Assembly: GCF_964355755.1 (NCBI RefSeq)
Contig: NC_092677.1
Span: 19,490,101 to 19,554,100, forward strand
Source: Antedon mediterranea
Taxonomy: Eukaryota; Animalia; Echinodermata
Direction of reading: 5' to 3'
Length of the DNA: 64,000 nucleotides
The position numbers and the translations under genes are program-made. Positions 11,190 to 23,972 of the stretch are shown piece after piece (position 1 is the first letter of the stretch; each line of letters begins with the position of its first letter). The notes under the pieces are model-generated. The model saw only the letters and a list, made by a program, of their open reading frames with translations. It searched no databases and was not told the origin of the DNA.

Positions 11190-13036
11190 CAGTGTTCTCC
11201 CCAGGATTCAAATCAAGCGTCGTGCTTCACGAGGGGGAGGGGGCATTCCGACACTAAGTACTTGAGTCACAGGCCCACCATGGTTGGGGCTGTGGCGAAG
11301 CGATTTTTGGTAATTTACACCCTAGATGGCCGGAAATGGTACTCTCGCACATAGCATTTATGTTGAATGACACCTCTGGTTTGGCAGGAAATAACACTTA
11401 TAGCGCGCTAGCAAACAACAAAACGATCGTAGCCAACTTTTTCCGCCGGTAAACGTCAGGGGGAAGCCCCAATGAAAAAAATAGGCCTAATCTATTAGCC
11501 TACTCATCAGTAGGACAACTCTAGTTGGGCGGAAACGAAACTTTATAGCGCACTAGCAAACAGTAAAACCATCGTAGCATACTTTTTCCGCCAGTAAACA
11601 TACGCGATAAAAAAATGTTTTTGCGGTCAAGGGGAATTCCCCGATGAAATAAAACTAGGCCTACTCATGAGTAGGACAACTCTGTAGTTGGCCGGAAAGA
11701 CACTTCATAGCGCGCTAGCAAACCGCACAATCGTAGCCTGCTTTTTCCGCCGGTAAACATACGCGATAAGAAACATTTTTTGCGTTCATTACGAACGTCA
11801 AGGGGAATTCCCCGATGAAATAAAAAATGCCTACTCATCAGTAGGACAACTCTGTAGTTGGCCGGAAAGGACACTTCATAGCACGCTAGCAAACAGCCCG
11901 ATTGAGCCTACTTTTCCGCAGGTAAACATACTGTACGCGATATATGAAAAAAAAAATATGCCTACTCATCAGTAGGCAACTGTAGTTAGCCGGAAACGAC
12001 ACCTCATACCGCGTTAGCAAACATTAAAACGATCGTAGCCTACTCTTTTTTTTTTTGGCGGCGGGTAAACATATGCGATAAAAAAACATTTTTTGTGTTC
12101 AAATACAAACATCGGGGGAAAGTCCCGATGAAATAAAACTAGGCCTACTCATTAGTAAGACACCTAGTTGCCCGGAAATAAGACTTCATAGCGCACTAGG
12201 AAATAGGAAAACATTCGAAAGAGAGACATGGCAGTAACAAAACACGTGCTTACATCTCTCGGCGGCGGCCGGTGAAAGCACCATGTGACATACAGTATCG
12301 CAGTACTGACATCCCTTGTCACTCGACTTTCTCACGAAGTAGGGCCTAAAACATTCTAGCACCGATGTACAAATGTACCTTAAGTAGTGAAATAAGACTT
12401 TAGCGCACTAGCAAATAGGAAAACGATCGTAGCCTTCTTGAATGTATTATACGATCAAAGCAGCTAGCATTGAATTGCGCCTAGAAATCATTTGATGACC
12501 TGCGTATGTTACCGACGAAAGAGTAAATCCCACCGATAGTCGATTAATTCAGTGTGATATTGAAAATAATAATATCATCGATATTTATTTTTAATACACA
12601 TAACATTTTTACAAGAAAAACAATACAATCAATCATTTACTTTATTTACAATATACAAGTTACTACATTTTAGACAACAGCCAAATACTAGAGATCGAAA
12701 GAGAGACATGGCAGTAACAAAACACGTGTTTACATCTCTCGGCGGCGGCCGGTGAAAGCGAGTCTCAGTTGTTTAACACTTTGTTACGCAGTCTTTTGTT
12801 TTTCGTCTAGTGGTCATGTCACGTGTCTCGTATGCATTAGGCTCTTTATGTATGCCGCGCCTCAGCTCTAGAGAAAGTACCGTACCTGCCTGTTAATCTA
12901 TTTTTAGATTGTTGTGGTTGATATTTTTAAGCGTCACGGATAAGGTTTTAAGCGTCACGGCCGACCGTAAAGCGTCATGGTAGAGAACCCAAGCGTCACG
13001 GTACCGTGACGCTTCAAAGGCCTGGGGAGAACACTG
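11190..13036. mobile_element. hAT-like non-autonomous element with 6-bp TSD
   Basis: Perfect 16-bp TIR CAGTGTTCTCCCCAGG/CCTGGGGAGAACACTG; TSD AACATC (11184-11189, 13037-13042); subterminal AAGCGTCA(C/T)GG repeats. A related uninterrupted host sequence lies at ~25375-25630. Confidence 0.88.
11375..12210. repeat. Tandem array of ~6 degenerate 130-170-bp units inside the hAT-like element
   Basis: Recurring CCTACTCATCAGTAGGACAACTCTGTAGTTGGCCGGAAA...CTTCATAGCGCGCTAGCAAAC unit. Confidence 0.85.
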
Positions 13037-13512
13037 AACATCGTAGGGTTTTTTATTAAGGTTACGAAGTTCAGAAAGTAGCTCATTGAAATTTGTTTAT
13101 TGAGGTTACGAAGCCAAACAATGGAACCTACGAAGCCAACAACGTAGCCTACGTTCTATCTACGAAGCTACTTTGTAGGAAAAGTTGCTTTTCAATTCAT
13201 TTTATTCTTCATCGTAATTGTTATGATCATATTGTATTTATTTTGTGATGTTGTGCAAAACTAAGCTAGTTGTTTATACAGGTACATTTTGGAGGGATTG
13301 ATTAATTGTATTTGGCCCTGTCAAATCTGTGCTTAACAAGCACGAATGTGCAATACTCGGGGTACAGCGAAAGAAGCTGTAATGACGTCATAAGACCAGA
13401 TGTAACGTCACATACACATCAATAACCGCGCTACCAAATACGACTATACGGTACCACCTTCGAGATGTGATATGGCTGCATCCGGTTTGAAATTAAAAAA
13501 TCCGGCTCTATA

Positions 13513-16500
13513 TAGTCCAGTCAATCTATGACAAAAAAGGGCGTAACCCAAAACAAATTGCAATAGTTTCCAAACCTTTTTTATTTGATTCTATAAGCAT
13601 CTGGGAAGATCATTTCCAAAATCTACCAAAATCGGTTCAGTGGAACATACTTTTTAAGGGGTTTTAAGGTCATAGGGGTCAAATTACAAATTTTTCTATT
13701 TTGAAAACTACTAGGCGTAGCATGTTAATTTTGGTGTCAAACTATTCAGAAGACCCATATTTATATGTACTCTAATGAAACCTTTTTACCAAAAACTACA
13801 GGAAAGCATGTTTTTGATCTTTGACCTATTTTAGTGTATATTTTCGTATATTCGTATCTTAGTAACCAGTGGGCGTAGATGAGCGTTATTTGCGTCAAAC
13901 TACTCAGAAGGTCAATGTTTATATTAGTTCTAATGGAAAAGATTCGTGTAAAATGACCGGAAGTCATTATTTTGATCTTTGACACATATTCATTATTTTA
14001 GATTTCTCAGTAAATACATTTTTTATATCTCAGTAACCACTAAGCACAACTTCGTCAATTTTGTGTCAAAAGATTCAGAAGACTCATATTTATATTCACT
14101 ATAATGAAAAAGTTTTTTAAAAAATGGATAGAAACTATGTTTTTGACCTTTGACCTATTATACCAGTATATTTGTTTATATTTACTCTAATGAAAACAAA
14201 TGCAAATGTACAATATAACCGAAAATCATTATTTTGACCGTTAACATTTTCTAGTCGTGTCATGAATAAATCTCGAGTCTCGAGTATAACATTTTAAATT
14301 TGACCAAATAATAAGTGCGGCGATCTGACAGACGTTGGGCTGGAATATCAACTGATCTTGCCACAGAACAGTGTCTTATGCGTACTGTAGCATAAAAACA
14401 AGAGGAGGTCTAACAAGAGGGCGAGGATTAACAGAAACGACTTGTCTGGGTCCTTTCAACTCCAGTCTGTGCCAAGATCAATCATTCAATGCAAGAGTTC
14501 ACTAACGTTTCGTATACTACCAGTGAACAACATAAAGAAACAACATATGCCAGAAAGATGAAGGACCTCAGTGATGTACAAGACATATCAAGGTATCTGA
14601 CACTGCGAAAACCATTCAATACAGACAGTACAAAATCACTGACAAACATTGCAACTGGAGTAACGGCACATATCAATGTAGACTGTGACAATGCCAAGCA
14701 TGTAGGTCAACAAATTGTGCAATCAATGACAAACCAAAAGGTCGCCGACTACACATTTCGGAAAAAGAGCCAATCCATTACAATGAACTCTAAAAGCGCA
14801 TTGAAGATAAAAGATGATGTGGTCAATGTAGATCCTTTACTTCTATTTCAACGACTTGTAACTGCCGGCACAAGATGCGATAATGTATCAGATATATTTA
14901 GATTGTTTGAATCATTAGATATGATGAGGTCTGCAAATAAAGCTAGTTTAGCTGATAGTTTGTGGTCAACAGCAATCGAGGTTGCTCCAGAACCTCCTGA
15001 TCAAATTCAGTACGTCTTAGATGGAGGAGCACTACTTCATAAAATTCCATGGACAAGAGGGGCTTCATGGGGAGACATTATGAGAGTATACACTAAATAT
15101 ATTTCTCACAAATATGGAAAACCCATTGTTGGTTTTGATGGGTACGATAACTCACTAAGTACAAAAGACTGTACACATACAAGGAGAAGTGGTGGTGGTG
15201 GTGTAGCTGTACACTTTGACCAATCTATGACCTTACAAACCAAAAAAGAAGAATTTCTGTCAAACGTTCAAAACAAACAAAGATTCATTAAGATTTTGGG
15301 AAATAGTCTTGAAAAAGAAGGTTGTACTGTTCACCACGCAGAAGCTGACGCTGACTATCTTGTGTCGAAGATGGCTCTGTCCTGTGCAGAACAAATAGGC
15401 ACGGTTGTCATCGCAGATGATACAGATATCCTAGTCCTCCTTATCCACAATGGTGGTCACACCAAACATAATGTATGGTTCAAGCCAAACCAAAGGAAAG
15501 AAACTAAAAAGGTGCAACGATGTTGGAACATTGCGGCAACAAGACTTGACCTTGGCAGCGATGTTTGTAAATATATCCTATTTTGTCACGCGTTCCTTGG
15601 ATGTGACACGACATCGCGATTTTTTGGTATTGGGAAAATCAAAGCAGTAACTAAAGTAAGAAGTGACTGTTTCTTTTCTGAACAAGCCAAAGTGTTTATG
15701 ACTTGTAAGGCAAACAGACAGGAGGTAATTGCAGCGGGTAATAACGCCATTTTGTCTTTGTATGGTAGCAGCGATAATGAAAACCTAGATGAATTGAGGT
15801 TTCGTAAATTTCATGAAAAGACTACATGCAGTACTAAAGCAGTTCATCCACGTTCTTTACCCCCAACGGCATCAGCGGCAAAGTATCATAGTCTAAGGGT
15901 GTACCAACAAGTTCAAGTTTGGCTTGGAAATGAAGAAAATGTACCTCCAGATAAATATGGATGGAAGATCAGCCAAGGCAGGATGATACCATATTTGGCG
16001 GACAACCCCCCAGCACCACAATCGCTCCTACAAATCATAAGATGCAAATGCAAAACAGGCTGCTATAATATGAAATGCAGCTGTAGGAACAATGGATTAG
16101 ATTGCTCCATGGCATGTAGTGAGTGTCGAGGTGTATGCGCAAACATTTCACTAGATAAAAATGAGATACCGATTCTGAAGATTCAACAATGGGTTTGTAA
16201 AATCAGACGATTGGTAAATATTCTCAACCAGGCCTATTTGGATATTTTTCTGTTTTGTGTGTTTTTAGAGTAAATATAAACAGAATAATGAATAGTTAAA
16301 TGTTTTCTTGGGTGCTGATCTATGAAGAAATATAACACCAATATATTGCCCCAATTACTAAACGTTTTCTGGATAGATATCAAAGGTCAAAATAATTACT
16401 TTCGCATTGACTATATACACAGACATTTTTTATTAGAGTGGATATCCTTCTGAGTTGTTTGACACAAAAAATGCTCATCTAAACCTATAGTTCACAAAGA

Positions 16501-17443
16501 TACAAATATATAAATATAATAGTTGAAAGCTTCCGGTCATTTTCTGTAAAAATAGTTTCATTAGAGTAAATAAATATGGTTCTTCTGAATTGTTTAACAC
16601 AAAAGTTACGCTTATTGGTCACCGAGATACAAAAAATATATTTAGTGAGATATGAAATAAAGAATATATGTTAACGGTCAAAACGATGACTTCCGGTCAT
16701 ACCACACAACACTTTTTCATTAGAGTGAATATAAACATAGACCTTTTGAATATTTTGACACAAAAAATGCTCATCTACGCCCATTGGTTACAAAGATATG
16801 AATATACCAATATAATAGGTCAAAGGTCAAAAGAGTAGTTTCCGGTCATTTTTTTGTAAAAAGTTTTATTAGAGTGAATATAAATAAGGGTCTTCTGAAT
16901 TGATTAACATAAAAATTACGAAGTTACGCCTATTGGTCACTGAGATACAAAAAATTTAATTAGTGAAATAATATAAAATAATGAATATATGTCAAAGGTC
17001 AAAATGATGTCGTCTAGTCATAATACACAAAACGTTTTCATTAGAGTGAATATAAACATAGACCTTCTGGGTATTTTGACACCAAAAACGCTTGTTTACG
17101 ACCAGTGGTTACCGAGATATGAATATGCCAAAATAATAGGTCAAAGGTCAAAAACATGGATTCCGGTCATTTTTGATAAAAAACTTTCATTAGAGTGAAT
17201 ATAAATATGGGTCTTCTGAATTGTTTGACACCAAAATTACCAAGTTCGGCCAAGCGGTTACTGAGATATACAAATATATAATTTGACCCTCATGACCTCT
17301 TGACCCCTTAAAAAAGTATGTTCCACTGAACCGATTTTGGTAGATTTTGGAAATGTTTCTTCCGGGAACATATAGAATCAAATAAAAAAGGTTCGGAAAC
17401 TATTGCAATTTGTTTTGGGTCTATCGGTAGATTGACTGGACTA
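13513..17443 (+). mobile_element. AcademX DNA transposon, internally deleted
   Basis: TAGTCCAGTCAATCTA...TAGATTGACTGGACTA termini with 4-bp TSD TATA. Long TIRs contain ~150-bp subrepeats. Encodes an XPG-like nuclease and a Cys-rich finger. Confidence 0.88.
14315..16273 (+). pseudogene. C-terminal half of an Academ transposase (XPG/PIN-like nuclease plus Cys8/CXC finger)
   Basis: The 594-aa ORF has motifs VLDGGALL, FDGY, EADAD, DDTDILVLL, GCDTTS..GIGK, LPPT and CKCKTGC...CSC...CSMACSEC. Upstream, VRRSDRRWAG...LMRSIKTRGGLTRGRG is frameshifted. The N-terminal half is missing. Confidence 0.88.
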
Positions 17444-17524
17444 TATAGCTTTGAGGACATGTCCCTGTAGTTTATTCATGCCAAATCCCAGCTCAATACT
17501 ACAACTAATAAGGGAGGAGTAGTA

Positions 17525-19227
17525 CAGGCCTCGAATTTTACCGCGGCCAGTGCCGTCGGTGCCCTCCCAGTTGGCCTCAATGCCCTCGAAAATGAATAGC
17601 ACCCACGGCCACTACTGGCCTGCCCTTTTTTTGCGTTGGCCGCGAGTGCCCTTCTCGAGTTTTTCCACAATAAAAACCACTGAATTAGATAGAAAATAAT
17701 GTCAAGAAGATTTGTTTACACGACTCGGACGAGACGCAAAACTATCGCCTGTCTTTGTTGCAAGGGGATTTCCCTAAACGCATTTATTAATACACAAACA
17801 CTGAAACAGTAAACAAAACATCGAACATTTTGTAACCAAAACAATATCGTCCCGGCCGCCGTGCGTGGTAAATCATGATATAGATAGTACATTAAAATAC
17901 AGGGGTGTACACTTTTAATAATCAAGCTAAAAACGTTCCTCGATCGGAGGTTACTGAAAGTATTAAAGTCGCACCACCCCACCTCAATAATCGAGGTAGC
18001 CGCCTTCGATTACAGGCACTCCTAGCTAGCCTAGCCTAGCCTATCCTCCCGCCGCCAATCCGGTCGAACACACGCAATTCAATTCATTGGGAAAACAATT
18101 CTATTTGACGCACACGCACCCTCTGATAAGAAATTTCACACACGACGTCCGTACGTCGTACGTACGCGAAGGATCGGATCTTTGGAAAAACAATTCCTTT
18201 TAACGTACACGCACCCTCTGATAAGAAAATACCATGTGCGTTCCTGCATGGTGTAGTCCATTATACGTGTAAAATTAGGGGTGTTTATTTTTAGCACCAA
18301 AGTTAAACCTGCACCTCAACCCGAAGATCGTTGGAAGTACTGTATATCATATTTATATTTTATCGCACCCACCTCAATAATCCAGCAGACAGATCATCGA
18401 AAAATATTGTTTAACAACGTCGTACACTAAATTACCAAACGCGTTTTTACCTAACTCAAGGAAATGGTATAGTCCACAATACACGTGCAGAAGGCCGGCT
18501 AAACAGAGAGAGAGAAAGGGGTCGGTGTCCGTCCGTGTTTTGAATTCTTATAAATATGGATTATACTAACAAAAAAGCTTCAGAAATCGAAACTCGGAAA
18601 ATAACTATAATTTATATTCTACTACATAATGTCATTGGCTTGATTTTTACCGTGGTTAACACTCTGTGTATGAATAGTTGTAGGTAAGGCCTACAAACAA
18701 ATTGTTTTTGTATCATGTTTTCTCCGTCGGCTGCTAGCTAAGTAAGGCTGAGTAGCTTGCTGTTGTTAGGTTCTTTATACCTGTTCTGGGGTTCCTTGGT
18801 TGGCTTCACGTGCCTTTTTATCGCATTATTTGAAACTAAACGAAACATTCAAAACAGGACGGTAAACTATAAACGCTGAACGTCGTACCTATTTATTATT
18901 TTTATATGGATCGTAAATACACGTACTATTTATATGAAATACAAAAAGATGTATTGTAGACAGTCCTACTACTACTACTACGCAATCTGATGAATAGGGG
19001 GAAATCCCCAAAACATTTTGCGGGTAGAATTTTTTTTTTTTTTGGAAAAAATTCCACCCTCAACCGGAAACAAGCTATTTTTTAATTTTGGCCTAGTTAT
19101 TACAATATTTTTTAATTTTGGCCTTGATGCCCCTTCGATTTAAAACAAATGGCCTTGGGGCCCCTAAAATCAATGAAAACCGGAGGCCAAATGGCCTTGC
19201 CCCTAAAATCCCCAAATTCGAGGCCTG
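17525..19227. mobile_element. hAT-like non-autonomous element with 6-bp TSD
   Basis: 14-bp TIR CAGGCCTCGAATTT/AAATTCGAGGCCTG; TSD GTAGTA (17519-17524, 19228-19233); subterminal TGCCC/TGGCC repeats. Confidence 0.88.
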
Positions 19228-19809
19228 GTAGTACTTTAAAAATCGCACTTTTTACTCAATAGTGTCCAGATGGAGGAGGAGGAGAAAATGAGTAAATCCT
19301 AGACTCGGTTACCCCGAGTAAAAAAGTGACAATCTCTAATTAATATGACTAATGGAAATTAAAACATGTGGACAATTTCTTCTCTGGACCTTTAGTTATG
19401 ACGTATTGTGAATTTAGTTGCTTCAGTGGTAAAATTACGAGTTGCAAATTCGGCCTATACTTGAGCGAAACATATGGCGGGGTAGTTTTCTCAAAACTGT
19501 GGTAGTTCAAGTCAAGTCAAGTATCATTTATTGTCATTTGTTTTAAGGAAAAAACATAGAAATTCTGTTTGCTCTGTTGGCGGAGCACAATATCCAACGG
19601 ACACAACACCAACTCAAACAAAAACATAACAAAAAGTGTCTACATGATGTTTAAGGCTCTAATAGCTCCTGGAAAGAAACTATTTGTAAATTGTGCCTTA
19701 TTGGCCTTAATAGAACAAAATCTCCGCCCGCTGCGCATCGACTGGAACCTACCGTATATTTCGGTGTATAAGTCGCACCTGTGTATAAGACGCACCCCCT
19801 AACTGAGAG

Positions 19810-21839
19810 TAGGTATCCCAATGTAAAAATTCAAATTAATGATGGTACTTTTTCTTTCAGTTAATCAGAAGGAACTTACTGAACATAAACTTTTGCAATT
19901 TAAATGATTGAAATCGGATTATCCATTCAAAAGTTATGGTCCGTTAAAGTGCCCAAAAAACAGTGATTTTGGCTTGAAAAATGGCTAATTATATTTGAAC
20001 CCATTTTTGAAGGGTTATAACTTTTATACTAATAATTTTAAAGTTCTTATTTTTTCCAAACCCATAGATACAACAGAGTTGTACAAGAATATTTTTTTTT
20101 GGGTGTCCTCGACATTTTTTTTTTTTAGATATTGCCCTCCAAAATTCGTCAGAGGGCTTTTTACGCGTGATTTTCCCAATGTCTAAAAAATGCCCAAAAA
20201 GTTCCTGTCTTTAAATGATTCATAACTTTTGAACCAATGTGTGATTTAACTTCTTTTTTTTTGCATTGCATAAAATGTAATATGTATTTTAGTAAGGTTA
20301 TTTATATTGACAGGTAGGTAATTCTGAAATACAACATAAAATATTGTTAAAAAATGTTAAAATGTGAAAAAAAAAAATATTGCGTTAAAAAACTGTGTGG
20401 GTATTGTTTCTTTTCATTAAATATTATTTTTCGTAAGTATACATTTTTTTAATAATTCTAGTATTTAAAGTTATATTTATAATCATATATTATTTTAATT
20501 GATTTCCGAACCGCCAAAAATAAGAATTAAGCCCGTGCTTATTATGTGTTCGATTCCATTTGGAGCGCCGGGCCAAACGTAGACTCGGCCGCGCCTACTA
20601 CAAGTTAAGTTATATAGGCCCCTAGCTAAGAAGGTCTAAATAAAAGCCTGATGCTAAATTCTGCCTAAGAAATATCGGGAAGAAATTTTTTATTTAACAA
20701 AGTAATTACCTCAATGGTATAATTGTAACATGTTTAATTTTATTTCCATTTCGATAATTCTAACCGAAAGTTGCACTTTGAATTGAAATATACGGAATAA
20801 AATTTAGGCCTAGAAACAGAGCGTAGACATACAACGGCAACACAGGCCAAAGCGCGTTTCGGCTGCCTACATAGAATGGCTTACGGCCGCTGCATAGCAA
20901 AATCAAAGCTTCTTAAATTTCTTCGGTACATTTCTTCCTAACGTACTTGCTTTATATAGTAGATTTATAAATATTCCACTTATTAAATAATTTAATAAAT
21001 CGGTAAAATTGACGTTTCGAAGCAAATATTCCATGAGAGGCGACATTTTTCGACATGCCTCGTGTGCGGCGAAGACTAGTTCAGAAAATGGAACAGTCCA
21101 CTGCAGGGGTTATCCAATCATTAATTAACGCGCTAATACATGCATACCATGCACATTGTCTGGGCGACGGTAATTTAGTAATAAGCGGAGAACTGAATCC
21201 CCCCCCCCCCCCCCGTAAGGAAAATGGTAAACACTGATATTATGGTAGGGATTATTTTTTTCAGTGGTTGGTCTTGTTGGCCTCTTCGCACGAGGTCCAC
21301 GCAAAGTCAAATAAAACGATGTGGTTTATCAAACAGAAATATAAATTAGCTTCAATTCAATACTAAATTAGCCAGATTTTGATAATAAGAAAGACTAAAA
21401 AATTCAATTTTTATCGTTTAAATTGACATTTGAGGCGGATTAACATAATAATAATAACCGATTTACATATCAAAATAAAGAGTATTTAAAGCCTGATAAC
21501 ATGCAACAAAAATTACTCCACCACCTATTATGGACCTCGTGCGGTCGTGTTTTGAAAATGGGTAGGTGTTTTCCAAAGTTATTTTTAGCGCGCGGATTTC
21601 GGCTCGCCGGCTTTTGTACCTCATTTTTAACTCGCGTTTTCTATTAAAATATTTAATAAACATAGATTAAAAATATATGAAAATAATCCCTTAAACAAGA
21701 TCTTTCCAGACATATAATTTTTATTCACATGTGTATATAAGAAACAGTATATTTTTAACTTCAAAGACACGTCACTTTTTGAAATTTCACGAACGTGTTA
21801 AAATCGCGGTAACGAAAATCCGCTTCATTGGGATACCTA
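19810..21839. mobile_element. TIR element with TAGG termini and 7-bp TSD (hATw-like reading)
   Basis: TIR TAGGTATCCCAATG/CATTGGGATACCTA. TSD CTGAGAG, or 9-bp ACTGAGAGT if trimmed by one base. The empty site is visible in the sister copy at ~32945-32960. Confidence 0.82.
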
Positions 21840-22493
21840 CTGAGAGTAAAATATCGGTATTTTTTATATTGTTGATGTATAAGACGCACCTTATATTTCA
21901 TCAAAACAATGTTTTTTTAAATTGTAATATTATTGTAATAATATATTTTGTTATCTACAACGGTGTCCTTTATTTAGGTTTTTCCTTACCTAGGCTCGGC
22001 CGCGCCCAGCCTCAACAAGTTCTTTCTAACTTGTTATTCATGAGTTTTCGCACCCGCAACATCGAGTGCATGACCGTGTGTGTAACACGTACGTGTGTGG
22101 GCTAGCCTCGCTCGATCATTTCGAGAGGGCGCACATTTTCACGGACAATCGTATTCGATTAGTATCTACGTATCCGAGAAGTGTGTACGCTAGGTCCATG
22201 CTATAATCACCTGGAGAATATACTAGTCGAATACTGTACACCATGTGGCCGCCAAGAAGGGCTTGCGCTGGGGGTCGGCGATCGTGCGTATAACTACTGT
22301 ATAAATAAATACTATTCCAATCGTACGTAAAAGTTTACAAATGAAATTTTATCGGAGCGCCTAAAACAGCTCCATAATGAACAAATCTTTTCATCATATT
22401 TAGTATAACATCATGCTAAAATGCCTTGACAACTAGGCAGAAGCAGGTTGCCGTTACGTTAGTTAGTTACTGTAGCTAGACCTAGCCTACTCA

Positions 22494-23972
22494 CTGGGGT
22501 AGCACTAACATTTCATTTTGTTTAGCCATTTGGCGAAAGTCAAAATATTTTTTTTAGTCAAATCAGTTTATCTATAGCCAAAATGGCTAAAGTCAAATTT
22601 TTTTATTTAGCCAAATGAATCTGTTTATAGCCAAAAATTAAAATTGTTGAAATATAGTGGTTAAAACATTTTAGTCAATTTATCTATGTCGACAGGTCTA
22701 TACACTGTTCCCTGAACATTTTTGTAAGGCATTGAGATAAAGAACCATGCCTAAATCACTGTATGATTAAAAAAAATATTTTTTTTGTATTTTTTTTACA
22801 TGATCAAAACAATTGTTCAAATTGTTTTTAATCATACAGCATTCATACAGTTATCAATTTAATAAGAAACATTTTACAGTTTTCTAAAATCCCCTGAACG
22901 CTATGTTACTTTTGTTTTTTACGCTTGGCTGGTCATGTTTGCGTGTGACGGCTTCCATGGCGTACCAGGCGAAAATCGTGTCCTAGAATCACTCAGAATC
23001 ACCGCCGCGCAGCGGGTTAATGTTTTTAAATTGGGTATGCTCAAGAGGTGCAGAACCGCCGGCCTAGGCCTACAAAATTATGTACAACAACCCAACGGTA
23101 TATCGTATGCTAAAAATATTGAGGAAAATTCCTAGCAAACGAACACTCGTATCGTTGTTAAACGTAAGATAATATAGGCCAAAGCACAGAGTACACATCT
23201 TTCCATCCCTCAAGGCTGCGCCGAAGCGTTTCTGTCAGGGCGAGAAATTGGGTAGCCGAGAAATTTATCCCGATTATTATTTATTTACACAACAACACAG
23301 AAGCCGGCGGCCGGCCCCGCTCAGATGCACGTGTGTGTTTAGCTAAATCCCCGTTAGACTCTACCATTTCCCGCATGTTGTTTTGTTTACACTGACGCAC
23401 GGGGGAAGTTTATTAAGGGTAAAATATGAAACTACATTAAATTGGAAGACTCTAAATGCATAACGCATACATTTTTGATTTCGATAAGATTAAGACGTCA
23501 TTCATCGAAGATACTATAATGTTTCTTTTTAATCTGAAAAGTACACCCCTATCGAAAAATAGACAATCCCGGTAATTAGCTGACCGTCGGCTACGTAGTC
23601 GATCGTTTGTGCAGCGCACAACACGTGATAGTTTGGGTAGACTTATCATCCATGTGTCGTGTAACGTCTGTCTCTCTGTGCAGTCTATCTCTGCTATCTC
23701 CATCTTTTTGAAATAACAAAGAGACGCCTGGTACAACGAAACAAGTTGACGACAAATGAAGCTTGAAGTAATCACCTGTAATCACAAATAAATTCTTGGA
23801 GATCGACAAATGGACCTTTTAGTTGGACTTTATGCTTTCGCCAAAATGATTATTTAATTATCTATTTTATCACATGTCATCGCCAAAATGGCTAAAGTAG
23901 CCGTTTTATTTTTCGCCAATCCAGAAACGTTTTCGCCCATGGCGACTTGGCGATCGGCCAGTGCGAGCCTAG
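22494..23972. mobile_element. hAT5-like element with 5-bp TSD
   Basis: Imperfect TIR CTGGGGTAGCACT/AGTGCGAGCCTAG; TSD ACTCA; subterminal TAGCCA/TGGCGA repeats. Absent from the sister pogo-like copy. Confidence 0.7.

Noticed and set aside
22930-23020. piggyBac-like end (GCGGG|TTAA) inside the hAT5-like element
   Set aside because: No matching opposite TIR found.
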